Source: Candidatus Udaeobacter sp. (lineage in GTDB: Bacteria > Verrucomicrobiota > Verrucomicrobiia > Chthoniobacterales > UBA10450). Taken from it: a DNA stretch of 61,598 nucleotides. The notes under the pieces are model-generated. The model ran no database searches and was not told where the DNA came from. It saw only the letters and a list, made by a program, of their open reading frames with translations. The position numbers and the translations under genes were made by a program. Positions 7,709-16,585 of this stretch are shown piece by piece (position 1 is the stretch's first letter; every line of letters starts with the position of its first letter). The stretch lies in assembly GCA_045809725.1 (NCBI GenBank), contig JBJMXF010000108.1, positions 1-61,598 on the forward strand, written 5' to 3'.

Positions 7709-9697
7709 ATGAATTTGAACACCGACATACTTTCGAAAGCGGCGGATCAAGCGCGCGGGTTGTGCATGGACGCTGTGGAAGCCTCGCAATCAGGGCATCT
7801 CGGCCTTCCGCTCGGCTGCGCGGAAATCGGTGCGGTGCTTTTCGGTCATGCGCTCAGATATAATCCAGACCAGCCTCGCTGGATCAATCGCGACATCTTC
7901 GTGCTCTCGGCAGGGCACGGCAGCATGTTCCTTTACGCCTGGCTGCACATGAGCGGCTACGATTTGCCGATGTCGGAAATCAGACGTTTCCGGCAACTAC
8001 ATTCCAAAACGCCAGGACACCCCGAGTTTGGCGACACGCCCGGGGTCGAATGCACCACCGGACCGCTCGGTCAGGGCGTCGGCAACGCGGTTGGCATGTC
8101 AGTGGCCACGAACATGGCTGCGGCGCGGTTCAACACTGACGAGCACAGAATTTTCGACCAGCACGTGGTCTGCTTATGCGGTGACGGCGACCTGCAGGAG
8201 GGCGTCGCATCCGAGGCGTGCGCGCTCGCCGGCCTTTGGGGCCTCGACAATCTGATTTTCATTTACGATTCCAATGCGGTTACGCTGGATGCCCCGGCAA
8301 AGCTTACCCAGTGCGAGGACACAGGTCAGCGGATGAAAGCTTACGGCTTCGATGTCCAGGAGATCGAAGGCCAGGACATGCGACAGTTTCTCGACGCGTT
8401 CGATGTGGCGAAACGGCGCGACAACGGCAAACCACAATTCATCATCGCACATACGCTGATTGGAAAGGGCATACCAGAAGTTGCGGGCACATATAAGGCC
8501 CACGGTGAAGCCGGTGCGAAATTCATCGATGCCGCGCGCAAGGCCCTCGGGTTGCCGGACGAGCATTATTTCGTTTCGAAAGAGGTTTACGATTTTTTTG
8601 CGCAGCACAAAAAGACGCTGCTCGCTGAGTATGATCGCTGGGAAAAAACTTACGATGCGTGGTGCGCGAAAAACCCCGATAAAGCAAAGCTGCTCGATGA
8701 CGGACTGGCGCGAGAAGTCCCGCCCGATCTGTTGTCGAAAATCCCGGATTTTCCAAAGGATGCGAAACTGGCGACTCGCAAAGCGGGCGGCGAAGTATTG
8801 CAGCCGGTCGCGGAGGCGATGCCGTTGCTCATGAGTGGCAGCGCCGACCTCTATGGATCGACAATGAATTACATCAAGAACGGGGGCGATTTTTCTCGCG
8901 ACAATTTCTCCGGCCGGAACGTCCGTTTCGGCATTCGAGAGCACGGCATGTGCGCGGTGCTCAACGGCATCTCGTATCACGGGCTGTTTCGCGCTTCGGG
9001 CGCGACATTCACGGTGTTTACCGATTATTGCCGTGGTGCCATTCGGCTCAGCGCCTTATCGAAGCTGCCGAACACTTACATTTTCACGCACGACTCGATC
9101 GGTGTAGGCGAAGATGGACCGACGCATCAACCCGTGGAGACCGTCAGCTCGGTTCGTCTGATCCCGAACATCGACGTGATTCGGCCGGCCGATCCGGAAG
9201 AGACCGCGGGCGCATTCGTTGCTGCCATGCAACGAATTGATGGTCCGACGTTCCTCGCCCTCACGCGCCAGGCTGTTCCCATGTTAAACGAGATCGATGT
9301 AAATGTGCGTCGTGAAGGCGTGTTGCGCGGCGGTTATATCGCCAGAAAGGAAACCGGCAAACTCGACCTGATCATCCTCTCGTGCGGCAGTGAATTACAG
9401 CATGCGCTCGCCGCCGCGAAAGAATTGGGCGAAGGCGTTCGCGTCGTTTCCATGCCGTGCTTTGAAAGATTCAACCGTCAGCCGCAAGGATATCGCGAAG
9501 AAGTTTTGCCTAACGAATGTCGAAAACGGGTCGCGATCGAAGCCGGCGTGACTGAGCTTTGGTACGAATATGTCGGTCTTGACGGAAAAGTTGTCGGACT
9601 GCACGATTTCGGCATGAGCGCGCCCGGGCCCGAAGTGATGAAAGAACGCGGCATTGGTGCGCAGCACGTGATCGACGCGGCGAAGAGTCTCGGGTAG
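7709..9697 (+). CDS. tkt: Transketolase
   Basis: 662 aa. Motifs [25 protein letters not shown] and the ThDP motif GDGDLQEGV. Full-length architecture. Confidence 0.97.
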   Translation: MNLNTDILSKAADQARGLCMDAVEASQSGHLGLPLGCAEIGAVLFGHALRYNPDQPRWINRDIFVLSAGHGSMFLYAWLHMSGYDLPMSEIRRFRQLHSKTPGHPEFGDTPGVECTTGPLGQGVGNAVGMSVATNMAAARFNTDEHRIFDQHVVCLCGDGDLQEGVASEACALAGLWGLDNLIFIYDSNAVTLDAPAKLTQCEDTGQRMKAYGFDVQEIEGQDMRQFLDAFDVAKRRDNGKPQFIIAHTLIGKGIPEVAGTYKAHGEAGAKFIDAARKALGLPDEHYFVSKEVYDFFAQHKKTLLAEYDRWEKTYDAWCAKNPDKAKLLDDGLAREVPPDLLSKIPDFPKDAKLATRKAGGEVLQPVAEAMPLLMSGSADLYGSTMNYIKNGGDFSRDNFSGRNVRFGIREHGMCAVLNGISYHGLFRASGATFTVFTDYCRGAIRLSALSKLPNTYIFTHDSIGVGEDGPTHQPVETVSSVRLIPNIDVIRPADPEETAGAFVAAMQRIDGPTFLALTRQAVPMLNEIDVNVRREGVLRGGYIARKETGKLDLIILSCGSELQHALAAAKELGEGVRVVSMPCFERFNRQPQGYREEVLPNECRKRVAIEAGVTELWYEYVGLDGKVVGLHDFGMSAPGPEVMKERGIGAQHVIDAAKSLG

Positions 9698-9840
9698 CGC
9701 ACGCGTCTCGCGCGCTGGCGATGCTGTCCACGCGATCGCAGACTTTTTTTGTGACGTTGTAGCCGTGAGAGCGACGGCACTAAAAAGAAAGCCTGTTTCG
9801 GCGTGACGCCGAAACCAGCACGCGAGACGCGTGCGCTACC
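9692..9840. repeat. About 146-nt palindromic intergenic element, family B (terminal inverted repeat GGTAGCGCACGCGTCTCGCGYGCTGG)
   Basis: The left end GGGTAGCGCACGCGTCTCGCGCGCTGG is mirrored by CCAGCACGCGAGACGCGTGCGCTACC at 9815-9840. There is an internal 9-bp hairpin GTTTCGGCG-TGA-CGCCGAAAC. A second copy lies at 60020-60165. The element spans exactly from the tkt stop codon (TAG at 9695-9697, inside the repeat) to the base before the dnaB stop (9841). Confidence 0.85.
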
Positions 9841-11331
9841 TTAGAACGCCTCTTCCGGCTCGCTGACGTTGCGGGCGCGAGTTTCGAAGCGTGTGTATTC
9901 CTTTAGGAACGTCAGCGGAATTTCGCCGACAGGACCGTTGCGCTGTTTGGCGATGATCAACTCGGCTTCGCCCGCCTTCTCCACGCGTGCCTCTTCATCT
10001 TCCTCGTACATTTCGGGCCTAACGAGTAATCCGACCAGGTCTGCATCCTGCTCGATGGATCCCGATTCGCGGAGATCGCTTAAACGCGGCTTGCCGCCGG
10101 TGCGCTGTTCTGGTTGCCGGTTTAATTGCGCGACGACAATGATCGGAATTTTCAAATCTTTGGCCAAAGCTTTGAGCCCGGAAGAAATTTCCGAAATTTC
10201 GAGCTGTCGATTATCCTGTGCACGCCGCGTCGTTGATCTGAGCAATTGCAAATAATCCACGATGATAAGGCTCACATCGTGCTGCGCCTTCAGCCGACGC
10301 GCTTTTGCCCGTAGTTCCAGAATGCTGAGACTGGCACTGTCATCGATGAACATTTTGGCCTCCGCCAATTTTGAGGCCGCAGCAGTGAGACTCGGAAAAT
10401 CGCGCTCGCCTAAGAAGCCGTCGCGCACCCGTTGCAAGTTTACGCGCGCGCGGGAGCAAAGCAGCCGTTGCACCAGTTGCTGACTGCTCATTTCCAAGCT
10501 GAACACGCCCACCGCCAACTTTTCGTTGATCGCCACATATTCGGCAATGTTCATGGCGAGCGCGGTTTTTCCCATGCTCGGCCGCGCTGCAATCACGACC
10601 ATTTCGGAAGGATGCAGGCCGCTGGTCATGCGATCGAACTCGACGAAACCGGTTGAGATCCCAGTGATGCTGCCCTTGCGTTCGTAGAGCTTCTCGATGG
10701 TCTCGATCGCTTGCATCGCGTGATCTTTCATCGACAGCATCTGGCCTTTGAACCGGTCTTCGCCGACGTCGAAGATCTTCTGTTCTACTTCGTCCAGCAG
10801 ACTGTCGACCTCCTCCTGCTCTTCGTACGCGCGGCGCACACTTTCGGTGGAGGCGGAAATGATCTGTCGCAGAATGTATTTGTCGCGAACGATCTCCAGA
10901 TAGTACTGCACGTTGGCCGCGGTCGGAACGAACGTGAACAAGTTCGTGACGAATGCCGCACCGCCGACGCTGTCGAGCAGGTTCCGATCGCGGAGCACCT
11001 GTGTGAACGTGATCAGGTCAATGCCTTGTCTGGTGTTCCAAAGATCGACAAGAACGTCGTAGATGGTTCGGTGCGCCGGGACGTAGAAATATTCTTCGTT
11101 AATTTTCTCCACGCATTCCGCGATTGTTTCACGCGGGGAGATGAGCATTGAACCGAGAACGCCCTGCTCCGCTTCCACGCTATGTGGCGGCGTTCTGTGA
11201 ACATCCTGCGGAGAACCTGTTGGCGAAATGGGAACAACTTTTTCGCCGCTTCGCGCCGCCGAACCTCGGCTAGCGCCATTTCCCGCTTTACGAGGCTTTT
11301 CTCCTGTCCATGCGGACGATGGAGTTGCCAT
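9841..11331 (-). CDS. dnaB: Replicative DNA helicase DnaB
   Basis: PHSVEAEQGVLGSML N-terminal domain, Walker A ARPSMGKTALAMN, and the C-terminal RecA-like domain. About 45 aa of N-terminal extension. The ATG directly follows the rplI TAA (TAAATG). Confidence 0.97.
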   Translation of the reverse strand: MATPSSAWTGEKPRKAGNGASRGSAARSGEKVVPISPTGSPQDVHRTPPHSVEAEQGVLGSMLISPRETIAECVEKINEEYFYVPAHRTIYDVLVDLWNTRQGIDLITFTQVLRDRNLLDSVGGAAFVTNLFTFVPTAANVQYYLEIVRDKYILRQIISASTESVRRAYEEQEEVDSLLDEVEQKIFDVGEDRFKGQMLSMKDHAMQAIETIEKLYERKGSITGISTGFVEFDRMTSGLHPSEMVVIAARPSMGKTALAMNIAEYVAINEKLAVGVFSLEMSSQQLVQRLLCSRARVNLQRVRDGFLGERDFPSLTAAASKLAEAKMFIDDSASLSILELRAKARRLKAQHDVSLIIVDYLQLLRSTTRRAQDNRQLEISEISSGLKALAKDLKIPIIVVAQLNRQPEQRTGGKPRLSDLRESGSIEQDADLVGLLVRPEMYEEDEEARVEKAGEAELIIAKQRNGPVGEIPLTFLKEYTRFETRARNVSEPEEAF

Positions 11332-11895
11332 TTATTTTTCTTCTTGTTTCGGCTGTTCTTTTTTCCTGGGGAAAGTTCGGCGTTGCTTCTTCTCGGGTTG
11401 TTCCGGCGCACCGGCAGTTGTCGCGTCAGCCTTTGGTTCTGCCGCCGATTTCACCTGAAAAATAAGTTGCGCCGTCACATCGTGATGCAGCTTAATGGCG
11501 ACCTCGTGCTCGCCCGTGTCTTTGATCGGTCGCTCCAAAGCAATTTTATGTCGATCTACCTCTGTGCCGACTTCGTTTTTCAGCCGGTTCACGATGTCCT
11601 GCGCCGTTACTGATCCAAACGCCTTACCAGTCTCGCCAGTCTCCAATGTAAAAACAAACCGCGTCTTGCCGATGCGGCGCGCGACTTCCTGAGCCTCATT
11701 CAACTCGCGTCCTTCGCGTTCCGCGCGCTTTTGCTTAAGCGCATTAAGCTGGCGCAAAGCCGCCGGTGTAACTTCGTGCGCCATGTTGCGCGGCAACAAA
11801 TAATTGCGCGCATAACCGCGGCGCACCTTGACCAAGTCCGCCTCGGCGCCAAGTCCGGGAACATTTTCGGTCAGGATCAGTTCAGTCAGTGGCAT
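11332..11895 (-). CDS. rplI: 50S ribosomal protein L9 with a Lys/Glu-rich C-terminal extension
   Basis: MPLTELILTENVPGLGAEADLVKVRRGYARNYLLPRNMA is the canonical L9 N-terminus. About 40 extra charged residues at the C-terminus. Confidence 0.95.
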   Translation of the reverse strand: MPLTELILTENVPGLGAEADLVKVRRGYARNYLLPRNMAHEVTPAALRQLNALKQKRAEREGRELNEAQEVARRIGKTRFVFTLETGETGKAFGSVTAQDIVNRLKNEVGTEVDRHKIALERPIKDTGEHEVAIKLHHDVTAQLIFQVKSAAEPKADATTAGAPEQPEKKQRRTFPRKKEQPKQEEK

Positions 11896-12011
11896 ATGAA
11901 TGCGTGTATAAAAGTTCCGGGGCCGACGACTATAAAATCAGACTGCGTAGTGTCAACGTGCGATTGAAATAAAACGAATTATTGCGCGTGACGTTCTCAG
12001 TTCTGCACTTG

Positions 12012-12156
12012 TTAACACCGGCTTTCAAGCCGGTGCAACACGTCTAATTCCGAGCGTAGCCGTTTCAACGGCTTACTCCTGCGCGCGTCGAATCAAGGCG
12101 TTGAAACAGCTTTGGCACTGCTGTTATTGATCACCGGCCCGGAGGGCCGGTGTTAG
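12012..12156. repeat. Composite palindromic element, family C (TTAACACCGGCTT..AAGCCGGTG / GCCGTTTCAACGGCT hairpins)
   Basis: Hairpins are CACCGGCTT-TC-AAGCCGGTG (12016-12035), GCCGTTTCAACGGC (12059-12073), GGCGTTGAAACAGC (12097-12110) and CACCGGCCC-GGA-GGGCCGGTG (12132-12152). The same four-hairpin architecture recurs at 26603-26741. Confidence 0.8.
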
Positions 12157-12327
12157 TGATACCCCCCGATCATTTCCGAGCTTCATTCGCACGGCTTCGC
12201 TGATCATGCTCTGGTTCCAAGGCGAATCTCCGGACGACGATCTGGCGCATCGCAACTGGCAAACGCCAGCCGCGATGCGCAGATACTGAGAACAATGTCT
12301 ATTTGTTGAACGGCAAGTAAGCCTCAC
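12124..12327 (-). pseudogene. Remnant of a DUF59/SufT-type gene 3-prime end
   Basis: This GTG-initiated 67-codon ORF contains DSPWNQSMISEAVRMKLG. The 54 nt at 12175-12228 match sufT 16595-16648 at 46 of 54 positions by hand alignment (sufT encodes DPPWNQNMISEAGRMKLG). The rest of the ORF has no DUF59 similarity, and it runs into repeat C1. Confidence 0.55.
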
Positions 12328-12788
12328 TCACTGCAGATCAGCCCGTTGAACCTGAGGTTGACCTCGCCGGTGGCAAAATTAACCGTCCCATGAGTGCGCA
12401 AAAACCCCGACGCGCCGGAGACGATCGTTAGACTGTTATTTAGCCGGTACAGCGGCGGCGCGATGGGAGCCAAGACCAATTGATCCTCGGTGGTGAAGAC
12501 CAGGGTGCCGATGCTGAAGGTATGGCCTAACCTCACATGCAGCGTGCCGTTGCCATGGGGTGTTGCTGACATCAGGCAGCCGGTGGTCGTGCCAATCAGG
12601 TTGTCATCATCATCGAAGACGTCACCGGCGACCGTCGCCACCGGGCAGGATGGACTCGGGGCCCCTATTATTGCGACCGCGGTTCCGGACGTCGGCTGAC
12701 AATCAGCTGCTGCGGGCGTGGCCGCGCAGACAAACGCTGCCGTCAAAACGGCAATAACATAAGCAAATATTGATTGTTTGGTTTTCAT
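12324..12788 (-). CDS. Small secreted Cys-containing protein, possibly a dirigent/allene-oxide-cyclase-like beta-barrel (tentative)
   Basis: Signal peptide MKTKQSIFAYVIAVLTAAFVCAATPAAA. The C-terminal LTIVSGASGFLRTHGTVNF resembles the L.I.GGTG.F..A.G motif of AOC/dirigent-like barrels. A purine-rich leader lies upstream. Confidence 0.6.
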   Translation of the reverse strand: MKTKQSIFAYVIAVLTAAFVCAATPAAADCQPTSGTAVAIIGAPSPSCPVATVAGDVFDDDDNLIGTTTGCLMSATPHGNGTLHVRLGHTFSIGTLVFTTEDQLVLAPIAPPLYRLNNSLTIVSGASGFLRTHGTVNFATGEVNLRFNGLICSE

Positions 12789-13153
12789 GTTTTGGTTTTT
12801 TCTTTCGTCGTGGTGAGTTGTTTCACTTCACCTTTTTCTTTTCTTGTTTTGGGTTTGTGGCCGTCGTTCCTGGTGATCCGGAAACGCAGACCGTTTCCCA
12901 TTCCTTCCCGAAAGTTTGGGCGCCGTTGCAAAGAAAGTGACGGAAGCCACAGCGCTCTGCCTGTGGTAGTGCGATGCCACGCCCAGACCGAGCGAAGCGG
13001 CTACAGTGTGGGACTATTTAGGCGCGAGCGAGGCGACGATTTTTTCGACGCGCGGATCACCGCGGAGCGGGTCCCCAGTAGGGTGGCAGCTTGAACACGA
13101 CCAATCTCGGTGAACATGATGGTGGCGGAGTTTGCGTTCTTCGAGGTGAGTGC

Positions 13154-15715
13154 TCATTGCCGCGGCAGGGTCACCTTGAACTGGATCTTGGCGAGTTGCT
13201 CGGGGGCCCGGCCGATTTTGCGCAGGAAGGGCAGCCAGCGCACATCTGAGTGGATCTTGTCGAACAGGTTCTCCGCTGCGATGTTGATAAGTCCTGGATC
13301 TTGATATCGGACCGCCTTGTCCAGCCACTCGAAGGCCTTGTCGGCATCGCCACGGAAGGCATAGATGTAGGCGATGTTGTAGGGTGCCCACTCCTCGTTT
13401 TTTGCGAGCAGCGTGGCGAGCGCGGCATCGGACTCCGTCTTCCGCCCGAGCGCATGATAGGCCATGGCCAGCCCGATCAGCCGCCAAACCTCTCTCTTTT
13501 CTTGCTCGATCTCGGCCAGCGCAGCAGGCGCGTCGCCTTTAAGCAGCATTACTTCGCAAATATTATAATGCGCACCGCCGCCCGGGCTCAGACTAAGCAC
13601 GCTGCGGAATGACGCGATGGCTGCATCAAACTGTCTAGTGCATTGCTGGGCGACGCCTAGGGTATTAAGGGCTATCACGTTGACCGGATCGCGTCGCACG
13701 ATTGCCTCACTCAGCGCCAGCCCCTCCTGTAGCCGGCCCAGGGCCCGAAAAAAATTAATATTGCCGAGGGCGCTCAGATCACCCGGGTCAAGTGCGAGGG
13801 CGCGCTCGAAGTGCTTTGCGGCACGAACGAAATCATTGTTGGACATCGCGATTCGACCCAGGCCGGCGTGGGCCGGCCCGTAGTTTGGATCGATCGACAA
13901 CGCCTTCTCCGCCGCCTCGTGTGCACGAGCGTAGCCTTCGCTGTTAGGCAGCAACCCGTCGTTTGTCTTGTTGATAAAATTTCTCGCCAGCTCATTCCAA
14001 GCCGGGGCATAGCGCGGATCAATCTCGAGCACCTGCCGATAAAGTGCATTAGACTGCGTATACGCTTCGGGAGTGAACTGCCGCCCAACCTGCACCGCCT
14101 GGAGGTAAAGCGCGTAAGCCTTCGGATCGGTCTGGCGCACCGTCGGCACCGCGCCAAGTAGCGTCACCTTCAACTGCTTCACCACTTCACCCGCGATCTC
14201 GTCCTGGATCTTGAAGATGTCGTCGAGCTTGCGATCATACGTCTCCGACCAAAGATGGTAACCTTCGGCCGCCCGGATGAGCTTGGCCGTGATTCGCAAT
14301 TGATCGCCGCTCTTGCGCACCGAACCCTCGAGCACGTTGGTAACGTGCAGCTTTCTCGCGATTTCGGGAATTTCGATCGGCTTGCCTTTGAAAGAGAACG
14401 ACGAAGTGCGTGCTGCCACCTGTAGCTGCGGCACTTTGGACAGAAGATTGAGCAACTCCTCCTGAATGCCATCAGCGAAAAACGCACTGTCTTTGTCTTC
14501 GGAGAGATTTCGAAACGGTAGAACCGCAATGCTCTTTTCTGAGACGTTTGCAGGCGCCACACTCTGCGACACGGGTTGATTGTGCCAGCGCGGGAATAGT
14601 GCGAAGGCGGCAGCGGCGATCCCGATAAAACCGGCCGCAAGAGCCAATCGACGCGCCGCCTTCCAACGGTCGAGAATCTGTGCGCGGCAATCCTGCAATT
14701 GCAAAGTGAGTGCTCGGACACTCGGGCGTGCGGCTGGTTCGGGGGCCAGCATCGACACGAGCAGCGAAATGAGGCGGCTTGGAACACGTGCCGCCTTCAG
14801 TTGTTGCACCGGCAGAGCTCGCGAGCGTTGGTTCGCGCGAATCTGTTCGATGGTTGCGCCCTCGAAGGGTCTGTGTCCCGTTAGCAGATACCAAAGGGTT
14901 GCGCCTAACGAATAGATGTCGGAGCGAACGTCGACCCGCGCATCAGTGAATTGCTCCGGACTCGCAAAAGCCGGCGTGCCGACAAATCCACCGTGCGTTA
15001 AGCCCATCGCATCTGGCCTTTCGACAAGTGCTTTGGCTACGCCGAAATCGATAACCTTTGCGAGAGTTTCAGCTCTGCCAGAACTCGAATCATTCGCATC
15101 CGCGGCGACGGCGACCAACATCAAATTCGCCGGCTTCAAATCCCTGTGCACCAGGCCTTGCTTTTCCGCTGCGGCCAGTGCGCTGCTGACCTGCAAGGCG
15201 ATGTCGATGGTCGTGAGCGCGTCGAGCGGCCCGGTGCGGCGAACACGCATCTCCAGCGTTTCGCCCTCCACCAGTTCCATCGCGCAGAAGCATTGCCCGT
15301 TCTCTTCGCGGATACCGAAATGGTAAACGGTTGCGATATTTGGATGCCGCAAAGATGCGGCCGTCCGCGCTTCGCGCATGAACCGTTCGCGTGCTTCCGC
15401 TCCGCGTTTCGCCCATTCCGAATCGATGAGCTTCAGCGCAACCGGCCGTTTGAGCGAGGTGTCAACCGCGCGATACGTCACCCCCATGGCGCCGCGGCCG
15501 AGTTCACACATAGATCCATCGTCGCGTCGCTCAATCCGGTAATTCCCGAGTCGATCCGTTACGGGAGCGGACAATGTTTCATCAGCTTCTTCCGCGTCGT
15601 CGAATCCGACGCGCAGCAGGCAAATCATGCAGCGCCCAAGGCCGCGGGAGAAACCTCCATCCAGCCGCGTCCCGCACTCAGGACAGACCGCCGCGCTAGT
15701 CTCCTGTGCCTGCAT
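13154..15715 (-). CDS. Ser/Thr protein kinase with an N-terminal zinc-ribbon-like CxxC, one TM segment and a C-terminal TPR array
   Basis: Kinase motifs HRDLKPANLM, VIDFGVAK and GTPAFASPEQ. CPECG...CMIC lies near the N-terminus. The TM segment is LALAAGFIGIAAAAFALF. The C-terminal half is TPR-like. The ATG at 15715 overlaps the sigma-factor stop (ATGA). The track start at 15739 is less likely. Confidence 0.9.
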   Translation of the reverse strand: MQAQETSAAVCPECGTRLDGGFSRGLGRCMICLLRVGFDDAEEADETLSAPVTDRLGNYRIERRDDGSMCELGRGAMGVTYRAVDTSLKRPVALKLIDSEWAKRGAEARERFMREARTAASLRHPNIATVYHFGIREENGQCFCAMELVEGETLEMRVRRTGPLDALTTIDIALQVSSALAAAEKQGLVHRDLKPANLMLVAVAADANDSSSGRAETLAKVIDFGVAKALVERPDAMGLTHGGFVGTPAFASPEQFTDARVDVRSDIYSLGATLWYLLTGHRPFEGATIEQIRANQRSRALPVQQLKAARVPSRLISLLVSMLAPEPAARPSVRALTLQLQDCRAQILDRWKAARRLALAAGFIGIAAAAFALFPRWHNQPVSQSVAPANVSEKSIAVLPFRNLSEDKDSAFFADGIQEELLNLLSKVPQLQVAARTSSFSFKGKPIEIPEIARKLHVTNVLEGSVRKSGDQLRITAKLIRAAEGYHLWSETYDRKLDDIFKIQDEIAGEVVKQLKVTLLGAVPTVRQTDPKAYALYLQAVQVGRQFTPEAYTQSNALYRQVLEIDPRYAPAWNELARNFINKTNDGLLPNSEGYARAHEAAEKALSIDPNYGPAHAGLGRIAMSNNDFVRAAKHFERALALDPGDLSALGNINFFRALGRLQEGLALSEAIVRRDPVNVIALNTLGVAQQCTRQFDAAIASFRSVLSLSPGGGAHYNICEVMLLKGDAPAALAEIEQEKREVWRLIGLAMAYHALGRKTESDAALATLLAKNEEWAPYNIAYIYAFRGDADKAFEWLDKAVRYQDPGLINIAAENLFDKIHSDVRWLPFLRKIGRAPEQLAKIQFKVTLPRQ

Positions 15716-16473
15716 CAATCGGCGGCCAGCACTTCGCAAAGATGTCGCAGCTCCGCGTCAACCTCGGACGCGTTCGCGACGGTGCCACCCACTTCCTCCC
15801 GCAAAATCACGCGATACCTCGAGCGCAGCCGCGCCACATCGCTGCGTAGTGTTGTGATCGGCCGGCCTAGCCTGAGAGACATTTCTTCATATGAAACTGC
15901 GGCTTCGCTGGAGACCGAGAGATGTGAGTTCAACTGTCTGAACAGTTCATCTTTTCCCGCCAGGGCGCATTCCTGAGCGAGCCGATCCAGCGCCTGCCGG
16001 AGCAGCGTCTCGGCCCATTCGCGTTCGTAGACGCGTTCAGCACTCAAAGGTTGCAAGCTCGCGGCTCGTGCATCCGCTTCCGCGATCGCGGCAGTGTCGA
16101 GCTGCCCCAGGATGATACCTCCGCCGCGCTTCTGCGTCCGATCGTGTGCACGCGCGTGGGCCACGAAATGTTTGAGTGCCCCGAGCAGAAAGGAACGGAA
16201 GCGTCCTTTATTTGGATCGGCGCGGGCATAGGCGCGTGATTCGATGAGATGCTCGAAAAAGCCCTGGGTCAAATCCTGCGCATCGTCCGGGTTAGAGCCC
16301 TGGCGTCGCAGGAACAGAAAGATTGGTCGCCAATAAATCCGGCATAGTTCCGATAGCGCGCTCAGCGCTTCGGCAGGCGGTGTTTGCGATTCCCCGGCGT
16401 CGAGCACCATCGTCCAGCGAGTGGAGGTGAAGACACTTTCGCGCGTAGTTTCGGTGCCAAGCGTCGCAGGCAT
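15715..16473 (-). CDS. ECF-type RNA polymerase sigma factor (kinase-associated, ECF43-like)
   Basis: TRWTMVLDAG...YWRPIFLFLRRQG...AQDLTQGFFEHL (region 2) and a C-terminal region 4 (SYEEMSLRLGRPITTLRSDVARLR). It lies immediately upstream of a Ser/Thr kinase, to which it is translationally coupled. Confidence 0.85.
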   Translation of the reverse strand: MPATLGTETTRESVFTSTRWTMVLDAGESQTPPAEALSALSELCRIYWRPIFLFLRRQGSNPDDAQDLTQGFFEHLIESRAYARADPNKGRFRSFLLGALKHFVAHARAHDRTQKRGGGIILGQLDTAAIAEADARAASLQPLSAERVYEREWAETLLRQALDRLAQECALAGKDELFRQLNSHLSVSSEAAVSYEEMSLRLGRPITTLRSDVARLRSRYRVILREEVGGTVANASEVDAELRHLCEVLAAD

Positions 16474-16585
16474 GCGACGTTTTTATCCGGCGAAAGGAAA
16501 ATGGACAAGCCTAATACGCGAGAGACGCGCTGACTCCCCTAACGGGCAACGAAACCGGCTAACTCACGCGTAAACTGAAAGGAAT

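Noticed and set aside
8174-8980. A 268-aa ORF antisense to tkt. Similar long shadow ORFs lie at 15146-15976, 21225-21917, 45623-46183, 50314-51363, 54689-55252 and 59317-59910.
   Set aside because: Each lies fully inside a confidently identified gene on the opposite strand. Their compositions are Arg/Ala/Ser-rich, typical of antisense frames in GC-rich DNA, and I recognised no motifs.
9692-9840. Repeat families A, B and C considered as CRISPR arrays or tRNA-like genes.
   Set aside because: The copies are kilobases apart, internally palindromic and not separated by regular spacers. No cas genes are present. No cloverleaf or T-loop (GGTTCGAATCC-type) sequence was found in any intergenic region.
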